Shown here one piece after another: positions 14,429 through 27,428 of a stretch of DNA of 64,000 bases. The translations under genes and the position numbers were made by a program. How positions within the stretch are numbered: position 1 is the first letter of the stretch; each line of letters opens with the position of its first letter. The notes beneath the pieces were generated by a model. That model worked only from the letters and a program-made list of their open reading frames with translations, did not search any database and was not told the DNA's origin. The DNA comes from Octopus vulgaris (lineage: Eukaryota), in NCBI GenBank assembly GCA_951406725.2, contig OX597839.1, positions 31,310,001 to 31,374,000 on the forward strand. The letters are read 5' to 3'.

Positions 14429-15643
14429 GCGTAGAGGAAATAAATACCCAGAAATGACATGTGTGAACTTTGCTGTTGGTCTCAGAACTGAGTTTGTAAC
14501 AAAATGGTTCCCCACATTTAAAACTATGAAGAAATCTAAATTTAAAAGAAAAAAAGCAACCACCAAAAACAAGAAACAATTTATCAAGATTAAATGATAT
14601 TTTCATAAAAAAACCCAGATCTGTTTGTTTAATGCTTCTTCTTTTATTTCTCTAAAGTTTAATATTTTCTCTTTTTTGAGAATTAGTGCAACTGAACGGA
14701 TTCTTCAAGTGTTTGGAAGAAGTAAAAATGGTAAAGACTGAAGAGATTTCTGGGAATAAGAAAAGGGTTTTGCATCAGAGGAACACCCCCGAGAAAATGG
14801 TTGAGTGGAATAGAGAAAGTTATAAGAGTTGTTTGGGAATATAATTGGGTCGTTTCAGTTCAGCTTTGATTGGTTTTTAATTAAGTATGTGTGCATTAAA
14901 GATTAATTAGGAAAATAAACACACACATATTACAAACACTCACTCACATACACATGAACGATGTGTTTGAAATTTACAAAAAAGAGGAAATGTACTCAAT
15001 ACAGAGGTACAAGTACAGTGTAATTATCCATAATGGTTAAATTACACATTGTTGCTATTCTGATTTCTGAATATTGTTGATCACCTCCCTCTTTCTTTCT
15101 TTTTCCTCTCCCTCTCTTTCAGAGTATAGTATGTGTGTGTGTATAGTGTGTATGTGACTGTACATTTTATATATATGTTTGCATGTGTGATACAGGTATT
15201 GGATTTAATTGGTGAATTCATTTTGTAATCACCGTAATTTGTATAACAATGAAAGCTCTGAAAGCATGCACGGATAGAAGTGTCTCCTGTGAATATTTGG
15301 GTTTGATTTAGAATTTGAATGTCGTTGTTGAGTTGTTGTGAGAGGCATTGAGATTGGCAAGTGGCAGATCGAGAACTGGCTGATGGGGATTGGAATGGAA
15401 AGATGGCAGGGAAAGGGCAAAAGTACAAGAGCAGAAGCTTGGCACAAACACACACACACAACCTCTGTGTGTGTGTACACATACATACACAAATGCATAT
15501 ATGTGTGTGTGTGTGTGTGTGTATTTGTACATTTATGTGAAATAGACGTCTAAATGAGAGATAGAAGAGAAATATCCCTAAAAAAGTAAAACAAGGCAGA
15601 GAATTTGACGAAAATGTTATTTACAATGTTGGTAAGACAACAA

Positions 15644-15698
<55 letters not shown>

Positions 15699-16728
15699 GA
15701 GAGAGAGAGAGAGAGTATCTTTTAATCTCATTCTTCTGATGCATATGCACTTAGATATATATACACATATATATATGAATATATATACACATACAGACAT
15801 AAATATACACACACACATATAAATCCCTGATCCCCACCCTCATGATACATGTACTCACAAAATGTTTTTATAAAAATGTCGCTTTATGTATGTCAAATAA
15901 GGAACAATGATCACTTCAGAAAAACCTTTTGCCAAGTGAAATATTATCAAGTTATGAAACACTGTACTATCATCCTCATCATCCTCATCATCCTCATCAT
16001 CATAACAAACGATAACAGAGCTATGATAACGATAATAATGATGATGATGTCAACACCCCACAGAACAGCACAAGGCTGGAATCTGGGGAGGGTGGGGTAA
16101 TTGATTTACTTAGCGAAAGTGGTAACGGTGAAACATTCGTTAGAGGCAGAGATAACTGCAAGAAATCAAACGATGTATGTTGTATGGTATTTGATATACC
16201 TTTCTCTGTGTGTGTGTGTGTGTGTATACATACATACGTACATACATACATACACACACATGCATTCATACCTAATGTAAAGGAATAGGAATTTGGAATC
16301 CAGGCAAGTACCTTCTTAGTTCTCTGATATAATCCAGATTTGGCTAAGCACGCATTGAATAAGGAACATGCAATCGTTTGTGATAAATAATTACACAGCA
16401 CCTTCACTCAATAGGTATCTTCTGAGTTTGCTTCACTGGATTTTGGAGAGCAGAGTCTATCATGAAGACATCGGAAAGAAAATTTGGTTACTAAAGAATT
16501 ATTTTCATCAGAGGATAATTGTCCAGTAGAAACATGTGCTGGATTGGAATTGAAATGAAAATAATGCTTTAATAAATACATTTTGAAGATCTTTAATTCT
16601 CCATTCTTCTACAGGACAGAATTATTATTGCAACAGCAAGAATACTTGAAAGGAAAGGGATTTAACTAAATAGGAGGTATTTTTTATTTTAGTTAATTCC
16701 TCTGCTGTAATAATAATAATAATAATAA

Positions 16729-16897
16729 AAATACCCTACAATCTAGATGTATTGCAAAAGTCAGCATTACTTGGAACTGCATGCGTATTGCATGAAGTAC
16801 TGTCTGTCTGGGATCCTTGTTGTGACTTGACGAATAGGGCTAGCCCCCCCCCCCACTTCAGTCAACAACCTCATGATATTGTATACTGTGCAACGTG

Positions 16898-16900
<3 letters not shown>
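16729..16900 (+). mobile_element. 5'-truncated R4/Dong-like retrotransposon end inside a (TAA)n tract
   Basis: KIPYNLDVLQKSALLGTACVLHEVL matches the QKxxLLGTAxILRxVL C-terminus of R4/Dong elements. TAA repeats on both sides. Confidence 0.7.
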
Positions 16901-16934
<34 letters not shown>

Positions 16935-17335
16935 GTCCTTTCTACTATAGGAACAAGGCCTGAAATTTGTGGGGGAGGGGACTAGTTGATGACATCGACC
17001 CCAGTGCATAACTGGTACTTATTTTATCAACCCCTGAAAGGACGAAAAGCAAAGTCGACCTCAGTGGAATTCGAACTCAGAAAAGTAGAGATGGACAAAA
17101 TGCCGTGAAGCATTTCGCTTGTCGTGTTAAGACAACAACCATCGACCTCTGTACTCGACTGGTACTTCATTTCATTTATCCCAACCAAAAGAATGAAAGG
17201 CAAAGTTGATTTCTGTGAGATTTGAATTGAGGGCAAAAAAGGGCCAGAATAAATGTCCAAAGCGCATTTTGTTCGACGCTCACGCGCTAAGTATTTTTCC
17301 CTGGCGTGCTAACGATTCTGCTGGCCCGCCGCCTT
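16935..17335 (-). mobile_element. Two adjacent or nested SINE family A copies
   Basis: Two successive family A cores. Confidence 0.75.
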
Positions 17336-17342
17336 AATAATG

Positions 17343-17395
<53 letters not shown>

Positions 17396-18292
17396 CTTTG
17401 TTCTCATTGTTTATAATTACTGCAAAATCGATGGGGAAAAGCCATACTGAATTATGACTCATTGATTAAAAACAATATTTAAAATTATTGATCCGACTGA
17501 AGTGAATGTGTACAACATTAGGTGAAAGTGTTTAAATAAATTCAATTTTTAAATTACACAAAAAAAGGAAAAAAAAAAAAAATTTAATAAACATGAAATT
17601 TCAGCAAACAAACAAAAAAAGAAACAAATGTAAGGGAAGTAACTCTCATAACAAAATTTTACAAGGGAGAGCACTCTTACACATTCAATTTTTTTTTTTT
17701 CCATATTTTTCTGTATTTTTGCACGTGTCAGATCTAGACGCCATTTTAACCTGTACAATTATGGAAAGAAAAAAAATAAATACAAACAAAAAAAAAAAAG
17801 GGGAAAAGAAAAAGTTACCCTTCCTGCTTTTAAACATTCATCCAAATTGAAACACAGGCAGAAATAAATACGCTCAGACACTCACGCAGTAGAGACTTAT
17901 GTTAAAATTATGGTGCGACTAGCATTTTAGCTATGCTCCAATAATTTCCAGAAAGGCTATTTTAAACAGAAACATAATAATAATAATAATGATAATAATA
18001 ATGATGATAATAATGATAATAATAATAATGATAATATTAATGAGAATGAGGATGGTGATTATGGCGATAATTTCTAACATGCCAGAAAGAGAACAGCTGA
18101 TTTTATCAACCCCCAGCATGTAACTGGTTCTATTTATGTTTTTTTGACCCTGGAAGGCTTCAAAAGCATTGTTGCTCTTGGTGGGCTTTGAACTGCTCAG
18201 ACTATCTTTGCCTTTCAATCTTCTGGGAGCGAATTAATAATAATAATAATAATGGTAATAATAATAACAGCAATAACAATAATAATAATGGC

Positions 18293-18505
18293 TTCAAATT
18301 TTGGCACAAGGCCAGCAATTTCGGGTGGGTGGGGGACTAAGTCAATCATACTGACCCCCAGTGTTTGACTGGTACTTATTTTCTCAACCCTTAAAAGATG
18401 AAAGGCAAAGTTGACCTTGGTGGAATTTGAACTCAAAATGTAAAGACAGTTGAAATGCTTAGAATTTTGCCTGCCGCAGTAACGATCCTGCCAGCCTGCC
18501 GTCTT
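18293..18505 (-). mobile_element. SINE family A copy
   Basis: Family A core between (AAT)n tracts. Confidence 0.8.
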
Positions 18506-18506
18506 A

Positions 18507-18543
<37 letters not shown>

Positions 18544-20394
18544 GTAATAATAATAATGATGATGATGATGATGGTGATGACAACAATAATAAGCAAGGCT
18601 ATTTCTGATCCTAGAAAGGTATCAGGTTACACGTTGAGAGCAGATAATTTCAAAACAGAATCCATTTCATGGCAAAAAGATATTTTACTGTTTCTGTTTG
18701 AAAAATTCTAATTTAGAAACTGTTGTTTAAAGATATTGCTTAATTACTGGAAATATGGTCATTAATTGTACAATATTTAGTATAATTAACTAGCATATTT
18801 CGAGTAATTAAACAATATGGACTGAGTTTAGGAAATGCAAAGTCTAATTAGAACTTTTCCATGTTGAATGTCCTCAGTAACAAGAAAGTTAATCTGATTC
18901 CATATTTATGTTTTAGAGAAGAGGAAAGGCAGTTAAGTATGACCCCTTTATTGGGGTTTCCAAGACTGGAATGTGGTGGTGAGAAGAAGATATCCTCCAA
19001 CCAGATACCTGACTCTGAGAAATTTCAGTCTATAACCAATCACCCAGGTTGTTGATTAGTCATAAGTCAACTTTAACCAAGTAGATCTATAACCACATAC
19101 TGTCACTCTTCTGTTTAAAGGTAGAGTGTACCTAGGACTACATTATCCAATGTATCCAGCATTTTGTAAAAGGGCATAATTTGAGGAAGATTTGGCTGCT
19201 ATTTCTGGCAAGTTAAGCAACGAATAGAAGCTAGGGTGCAAGCTTGAATATTTTTCTGATAAATTTCATCAATACAAGATTAAATAGAAGAAAATAAGTA
19301 AATTATATAGAAGGAGGTGAAGTCATAGGAATTCCTTGACACCAGAGTACTGCCCAGGCAGGAGCATTTCATCAAGTCACCCCAATGCTATCATTCTACA
19401 ACAAACCAATATTGTCTCAGTCACTTCATTTAACAATTTCCAAATATTATTTCCTCAATAACTACACTAAGTCTCCTCTTTAGATTTCCTTCTAGAATAG
19501 TCTCCCTCAATAATTTCTGTATCAACCACCATCTTTGACTTCTAGCATTGTTTCTGAAATGCCGTGCTCCAATTACTGCCAGGAAACACAGGGTCAATTA
19601 GCTTTTATAATTAAACATTTTAATTAATCACTTTGTAAGTCATTCAATTTAATCCTCATCTGTATTACAACTAAAACTAAATCTTAGATTCTGATAATCC
19701 GAATCTAGAATCTAGCTTTAATCCACACTCAGGAATGTTACACTCATGTCCCATTTAATCCTTGCTAGGAAGGGAAAGTATGAATGACACAACATCACAA
19801 TTTCCCTGGTTCAATACCCAATCAATCTGAAATCGATTTGCCAATGAAATGTAAATCTGTTAAGAACATCTTTTTTTTGCAATTAGGTTTTTTTTCGCTC
19901 TGTCTGATGATTAACGACGTCAGTTGGTAATTAACATCATAATTCATATCAAACATCCTTTTTAAGGATTTACATTTGTGGGTTTCTTTGTCTTCTTGTC
20001 ATCAAGGTACAAAAAGGGGGAGGAAAAAAATGCCAACAAGAATGATATGTAATAATAGGGAGAGGAAACCTGGCAACAACGCTTGCCAGTCCCCGTTTGT
20101 TGTGTTCTGTGATTAAATGCAAACTGTCTCTTGTATGTAACAAATTTTGTGAATTTTTTTTAGAAAGTTTAGTTTATCAAATTGATCATTTAATTAGTAA
20201 CATGAAAAAATAAATAAACAAATTAAAAAAAAAATGACAATCAAAAATGCAAAAAAATTAAAAAATATGCTCTTCATCTCTTTTTTTTTTCCTTTTTTTT
20301 TTTTTGCATTCATGCATTTTTCTTTTTTCCTCTTTATTCAAATGAAATTCATTTTGAAAGAGATTTCAATGTAGATGTGTTCTGATGCTAAATG

Positions 20395-20479
<85 letters not shown>

Positions 20480-21376
20480 TAATAATTCCTTTTGACTAGG
20501 CACAAGGCTCTTTTTTGTAAAGTGTGGGGCTAGTGACCCCAAGTTATTGTAATGGCGCTTATTTTATCAACCCTGTAAGGATGAAAGGCAAAGAAAACCC
20601 TGGCGATAAATACAATTAGAATAAATATAATAATAACGATCAGGGTGATGATGATGTTGATGATGACGGTGGTGATGATTTAATAATATCAATAAAAAAA
20701 AAACAAACAAGCAACAACAATAATAATAATAATAACAACAACAACAAAAAAATTGCCCACCTGCCCCACCCCTGTACCCCACACCGAAATATGGTTGTTG
20801 CTTAAAAAACCAAAAGAGAAAAAAAAAAAAAAAAAAGAAGTTCTTTGTTGCTATGTTTGCATAGCACCATAGTTACACCTTAGAAACATGAGACTGAGTC
20901 TTCTTCTTCTTGGAAACTTGGGTAAAAAAAACAAAAAAAAAAACAACAGAAAGTGAGTTTTTCAGGGAAAATGTCCTTTTTTTCCATTTTTCTTTCTTTT
21001 CTTCAGTAATAAAAAAAAAAACAAACAACAGAAAATGAAGAGACAGAGAGCGAGGGGGGTGGGTTAATCAAGGGTGGGAGAGAGGTAAGAAATTACCTCA
21101 CCCCCACCCCCATTCCACCTTGCCCTTTTCCACTAGTTGAATTCCTTTTTTATCATAAGTCTCCCCATTGCAGAGACCCTTGGTTTTACATCTTAATCCA
21201 GCACAACTGATACACATGTATTTTCATTATTATTAATATTATTATATAATGCCCTGGGCCTCTCATATAAAATGTAAAAACGGTGAATTATGAGACAGGA
21301 TGTTGTGTTTATCTTACATTTCTCATTACAAAGATGCTTTTTCTCCCTTTTTTTTTTTGTTGTAGCCATATCATCA

Positions 21377-21412
<36 letters not shown>

Positions 21413-21581
21413 GTTCTTGTTTTTCGTTTTGCTTTGTTTTCTTTGAAGTAGTTTCATTTGTTGCCAATATAGCTACAGTTTCTGCCGCCGAAACAGCTAA
21501 TAAGAACGACAAAATGCAGAACAAGCAGGAGAGAAAGCGAGGCAGAGAAGGAAAAGGGGAGAGAGAAAGAGAGAGAGAGTA

Positions 21582-21629
<48 letters not shown>

Positions 21630-22105
21630 ATGTGTGTGTGTAAGTCAATGGCCAAAACAAACTTCACCAGTTGCTATGTTTTCTGTAGCTATATACAAGT
21701 GTGTATGTATTCATATGCATACATGTGTATACATATGTGTGTGTATTTGTGTATGTGTGCATGCATGCACACAAAACACATACACACACACACACATATA
21801 TACACACACACATATACACACCCATATATATATATATGTGAGTGTATCATCTGATTCTTGTCTGAAATTGGCTGCGTTTCTCATCAATTCCGTCTTTTTT
21901 TTCTGCCTATTTATTGTTGTCTTCCTCATCCTTTCACTCTTCTCTCTGTTTCTTCTTCATCTCTCTTTCTTGCTCTTCCTCTTCGCTCTTCCTCCCCCCT
22001 CCTCTGCCTCTTCTTCTTCTTCTTCCTCCGCCTCTTCTTCTTCTTCTTCTTCTTCTCGTTTAAGTTATGTACACACTGCAGACTTTACAGGTCACCTCAA
22101 GTCCT

Positions 22106-22313
22106 TCAAGTTGTCGTGGAGGTGGTGTTGGTGTTGGTGGTGCTGGTGCTGGTACAGGCTGTAGTTTGATCTCTCTCTTCAGACGTTGCTAACACATGGG
22201 CCTTCGGTTCCTCTGTCTGACCCTCGATGTCTGACGTCAAGGGACTCACATCAACATCGACTACATCACCGTCGGCAGTTTGGACTTCTCCGTTGTTTAG
22301 GTCGGATGGTGAA
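22106..22313 (-). CDS. CAMTA: CAMTA terminal coding exon O (SPSDLNNGEVQTADGDVVDVD...TT*; or FTIRPKQRRSPNCRR* ending 22266 if exon N is used)
   Basis: ttcttcag acceptor after a U-rich tract. GC/CpG-rich unique sequence; the phase-2 frame is open for 68 codons to TGA at 22106-22108. Confidence 0.7.
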
Positions 22314-22553
22314 CTGAAGAATCAGAAACAATACAAAAACGATTATATAACAAGGAGGCGCGGAAAAAAACTGCCCAAAATCTATTGCAAAAAACACCAA
22401 TAAATATTGGATATTGATGTAAAATAGAAAAAAAATTATTAAAAGCAAAAAAAACAAACATGAAAAGCTAAAATGAAGAAGTGGAGAAAATATTTATTTT
22501 TGTAAAATTCATATTTTTCAATAATTTTAGAAAAGGAAAACAATTAATTGACA

Positions 22554-22932
22554 CAGGTGTGGCTGTCTGGTAAGAAACTTGTTTCTCAACCACATGGTTC
22601 TCGGTTCAGTGCCACTGCATGGCACCTTGGGCAAGTGTTTTCTACTATAGCCCTGGGCTGACTCAAGCCTTCAGAGTGAATTTAGTAGACAGAAACTGAA
22701 AGAAGCACATTTTGTATGTGAGTGTGTCTGTGTTGCCCTTTACCACTTAACAACCAGTCTTGGTGTGTTTACATCCCCATAACTTAGCAGTTTGGCAAAA
22801 GAGACTGATAGAATAAGCATTAGGCTTAAAAAAAAGGACTGGCTGTGGGTGGTGTTGATTCATTGACTAATAATTCTCCAAGGTGGTGCCCCAGCATGGT
22901 CACAGTCAAATGATTGAAACAAGTAAAAAGAT
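22554..22932 (+). mobile_element. SINE family B copy
   Basis: Colinear with 56523-56952 in opposite orientation. Confidence 0.85.
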
Positions 22933-24596
22933 AAACAATAACAGTTCATTAGAATTAATAATTAAGTCAAAATCCTTCGTTAAAGATGTTTAGAAATGGA
23001 TGTAACAGTTTCTACACTTTTATTTGGTCTGCTAGAAACATCAGTCAAATCATACTGTAACATCTTTAAAAAGGAAGGACACATCAGGTAATGTAGTCCA
23101 AGATATCCTAATCCTAAAAGAAATAAAAAGCAGAGATAGGATCGTCATCATCATTTAATGCTGGTTTTCTATGCTGGCATGGGTTGGACAGGATACGATG
23201 ATCCACAAGTCTGCATTGTGGGCCAATATCAGCTTTTGCAGGCTTTCTATGACTGGTTGCCCTTCTTAATGTCAACCCCTTTACAGTGTGCTCCCACCCC
23301 CCAATATACAGATATTAAAGGGGGTTACCAAGTAATATGCAAATGTCTGCTCAATCAACAACTATGACAGATATTTTGTTGAGAAAAAATATCGAAAATT
23401 CTGGTCCCTTTTTAATGATACCAGAAAGAAGCTGATTGGATGGATGGGACTGGCAGGTCCAGTCTGAGTTTTTGGTGGTTGGCAGAACAGCCGAAAGCAG
23501 GGAATGTTTGCCACTGTTTTTGTGAAGAATTCAATATCTCCAGATATTGAACTGATGATAATCTACCCAATGTCCTTCCATGCAATCCATCTACCAAATT
23601 TCTACTCACAAGGCTTTGGTCAACCCAAGGTTAAAGAGAAAACGTTTGCTAGAAAGTGCTGTGCAGTAGGATCGAACCCAGAAACAGGCAGTTGTGAAGT
23701 AAACTGCTTAACAATGCTTTCTGTCCTCAAGCAGCACAAATTTTTGCTAGAAAAGCCACTGACATTTCTGCTATGTTTCCCAAGGATTTATGGACAGAAG
23801 TTCCAAATGTTTGGTAAACTGACCCAAAATGCTGCAAAAAAGTAGCATCAAAGAGGATATCTTAATATAAAACACATGCATGAATATCAAGAATCATCAA
23901 GAGGGAAAGAGACTGGAAAGGGAAGTTGTGGTGAACATGCCTTTCTTAGTAATGGTAGTGAAGTGACTGCAGATGAGAAAAAAAGAAAAAAGTAGGTTAC
24001 AGACTCAACAGGATTTGAACCTGTCACTCACTGCGCTGTTGTGTCAGCCAAAAAAGGTGTCACCACTCAACACCTACATTAATGCAGGTCTCTTGCTCAT
24101 GCACACTCTTGGAATAATTGTTCCGGTAACTTTGTGAGGAACGCTTTTCTGATGTCACACATAATAATAATAATACCATTGGAGATAATCTACTTTATTC
24201 CCAGTCGTCCATCAGAGAGAATTTGAATTCCAGCTCTGCTATCTATTACACAAGGCTCCTACATCAACCACAAAGACAAATGTACTTCTTCAGGACACTC
24301 AAAGACAGTCCTACCAAGACCATCCAGCTTATGTTATTCCTCTTTCTAACACTTTGGGGTGTAGATGATTTTTTTTTAATAGCTTTATCAGAAGAGAAGG
24401 AAAAGAACTGATGAACTGAGTGCAAGGGGCCAATATTGGTGAGGGAGAGGGTGAACATGTGCATTAGATAGGAGACCTTTATACAACTGAGCCCTTTAGT
24501 GGTGGTTAACTAGGAGACAGGTTATGGAGGAACAGTGAGAACTTTGTGGAAGATCCAATTAAACAGGGGAGCGCTGGAAAATCAGGACAAAATATT

Positions 24597-24715
24597 GACA
24601 ATGGCCATGTTACATTGACTGCACCAGTTCCTGTCCAATCACCAAAGTTAAGCAATGTTGAGCCTTGTTAGTACTTCGATGGGTGACCACTTGGGAAACC
24701 AAGGTGCTGTAAGAA
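24597..24715 (+). pseudogene. 5S rRNA pseudogene (or 5S-derived element) in the last CAMTA intron
   Basis: Colinear with metazoan 5S: GGCCAT...GCACCaGTTC...ATCACCaAAGTTAAGC...GTTAGTACTT.GATGGGTGACC..TGGGAA..GGTGCTGTA. Many CpG positions appear as TpG/CpA. Confidence 0.88.
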
Positions 24716-24730
24716 TCTAACTTTAGGGGT

Positions 24731-25075
24731 TTGTGTGGCTCTGTCATAAGAAGTTTGCTTCACAACCACATAGCTCTGGGTTCAATCACAGGGTGTAGCA
24801 TCTTAGATATGTCTTCTGCTAAAGCCGAGATTGACCAAAGCCTTGTGAGTGGATTTGGTAGATGGAAGCTGACAGAAGCCCATTGTATCTATGTGTATGT
24901 GTATGACAACCAGTGTTGGTTTGTTTATGTCCCTGAATTTTAGCAAAAGAGACCAATAGAATAAGTAACAGGCATGAAACAAAAAGAACTGGGTTTGATT
25001 TGTCCAACAAAACCCATCAAGGTGGTGCTCCAGCATGGCTGCAATCCAAGAAGTGAAACAAATAAAAGATGAAGG
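24731..25075 (+). mobile_element. SINE family B copy, diverged
   Basis: ccttgtgagtggatttggtagatgg...ggtgctccagcatggc shared with family B. Confidence 0.8.
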
Positions 25076-25999
25076 ATAAAAGAAGGTCTTTGAGAGCCGG
25101 AGGTGGAGACGGGTGTGGCGTTTGTTGAAGTTTGTAAAACGATTGTTCAGATCCAGCATCGTCTCAGAAGAACCAGAATTTGGCAAACGGGGAAGAAAGG
25201 AGAGAGAGAGAGGAAGCAGCAATGCATGCGTCGTTAGAATGTGCATAGATGCAATGGCAGTGAGGTTGACATGCCCGGGGGGGGGGGAAGAGGCAAGGAA
25301 AATGAGAGAAACACCACGAAAAAGAATATTACAACATTGAGAGCAAAAATAATAAAAACAACAACAGCTAAAAGAGTGGAATATAGAGAGAAGCATATAT
25401 TATAGATGTACCGGGACATTAGGGTGTGTGTGTGTGTGTGTGTGTGGATACATACATGCACATAAATGTATGTAAATATATATGCATTCACACATATATA
25501 TATATGTGGGTGTATATGTGTGTTTATATATATACACACATGCATACGTGTGTATACACACACACTTTAAATCTTGTTTTGTCTTCTTTTTTCACTCATT
25601 ACCTTATGTGTGTGTATATATATGTACGTATATATAAATGTGTATGTATATATATATATGTGCATGTATGTGCATTCTAATGTGTGTATATATGTATACA
25701 CACACATATATATTGATGTGGGTGTATATACACATGTAGGTGAGTGTATATGTGTGTGTTGGGCCCCTTACTCCTTATGAAATAATAGGCACAGCACTGT
25801 GAAAAACAGCAGTATTTGGACAATTTAAGCCTGGCAGAAGTAATTGATGTCCAAGTGTGAACCCAACCAATTCCTTCTCGAGAGAGAAAGAATTAAGGAA
25901 GGGGAATGAAATGCAAAGTGGACCCCAGAGGAGTTTGAACTCACGCACATGTATATGTCAAAGTATCAAAGTTTCCTTTGAGAGAGAAGCACCCTTTGC

Positions 26000-26945
26000 T
26001 GTAACGACTTGACTGCAGCCCACCATAAAAAAGTCACGTGCCCAACCCTTCTGCTATTTTTCCAGCTAGGCTGAGGTAACAGTTTCTGTCATTCCATAAC
26101 TGTTCCAATTAAGACCTATCTCATGGCTTTGTGAAAGACCCTGTTAGTTTTGGCATCTGGTCTGCTCCCTGCTTCGTGGACAGAGCATATAATGCTGCCT
26201 TTTAAGTTTTTGGTGAGTCTCCTGAGGAAGTTTTGAAAAAGTATCTGGAGTTGTGAAGCTAAAGCCTGTTCATGTGATTTTTAAGCAAACTGTTAGAAAA
26301 GCCTCAGGGCATCAGGTTTCAGTTTAGGCTCATCTCATCTGTGATTGATATCACATCTTCCTCCTTTATGCCGATGTACTCAATAACTGCTGGTGTCTAT
26401 AGGGACCAGTACATATCTGCATATGTCCTACTGGTGAGGTGAAAACACTTCTAAATTCTTTTCTACTCTAGGCACAAACCCAAAATTTTGCGGGGAGGGG
26501 GCCAATCGATTAGATCGACTCCAGTATGCAACTGGTACTTAATTTATTGACCCCGAAAGGATGAAAGGCAAAGTCGACTTCGGTGGAATCTGAACTCAGA
26601 ATGTACTTCTAAATTGGTCCATCAATGTTTCATATACTGTTTTGGAGTCTGCAGTCCATGAATTATCTTCTTGGTACGAGGGCCTCTTATTCTGTAATAA
26701 ACCAGAGCTGAACGTCTTGAAAATTTGCCAAAGACTTTAAGGGGTTCACCTTTATATTTCCTTCAATCCAAATATCTTTTTCTGCTCTTGTCTCTTTATG
26801 AAAGTCTTTAATTTTATTTTCTATTTCTAGGAATGGTCTTTTTTCTTTTCTTTTAGAAGATATTTCCCAGTCCCTCAGTTGACCGTTTAAGCAATATGAG
26901 GTTTTTGCTCTACACCACACAACAACTTGGGATTTTGCCTGGAAA
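26000..26945 (-). mobile_element. Decayed CR1-like LINE ORF2 fragment, interrupted by a SINE
   Basis: Fragments IKVNP, KEEDVISITDEMSLN, LQILFQNFL and IICSVHEAGSRPDAK match the linker and RT N-terminus. Many stops and frameshifts. Confidence 0.65.
26458..26604 (-). mobile_element. 5'-truncated SINE family A copy
   Basis: Family A core; 11-bp TSD acttctaaatt (26447-26457, 26605-26615). Confidence 0.88.
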
Positions 26946-27313
26946 TGATATTTTTGTGTACCCCGGATTCTCAGCTTGGGTCAAATTCAATTCATTTATT
27001 TATTTATTTATATATGTGTGTGTACATGTACATATATATTTGATGAAGGACCAATGTCCAAAAAGTTATGGCTCCTTCCCTCCCTTCATTTAAGTATTAG
27101 ACAAATAAAACTTTTGTTATATCTTGTCTTGGGCCGTCTTTTTCCCTTTTTGTTTATTACATTTACAACATTTATCTATGTGTGTGTGTGTGTGTGTGTG
27201 TACATATACGCGTATGCAAGTGTGTGTGTGTGTGTGTGTGTGTTGTGCATAGGTGCATGTGTGTGTGTGTGTGTGTGTTTATATGCCAAGTGCAAGATGA
27301 CCAGAATTACTAC

Positions 27314-27428
27314 CTGTCCAAATGTTGCAGCAGCTGCTGCTGCCGCTGCAACATTCGGTGGTGCAGCTCCTGCAGCAGTGAGGTTATTAGCACTGACCTG
27401 ATGGGAACGGATTAGTTTCCATAGTTCT
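27314..27428 (-). CDS. CAMTA: Candidate CAMTA cassette exon N (RELWKLIRSHQ-VSANNLTAAGAAPPNVAAAAAAAATFGQ); internal donor at 27398
   Basis: Pyrimidine tract plus tgcag acceptor in phase 2 matching exon M; open frame; donors CAG|gtcagt (27398) and CAG|gtagta (27314), both phase 0. Confidence 0.6.

Noticed and set aside
24001-24080. tRNA-like sequence on minus (acagg-ttcaaat-cctgt T arm)
   Set aside because: No convincing acceptor stem or anticodon arm and an internal T6 run; probably a decayed SINE head.
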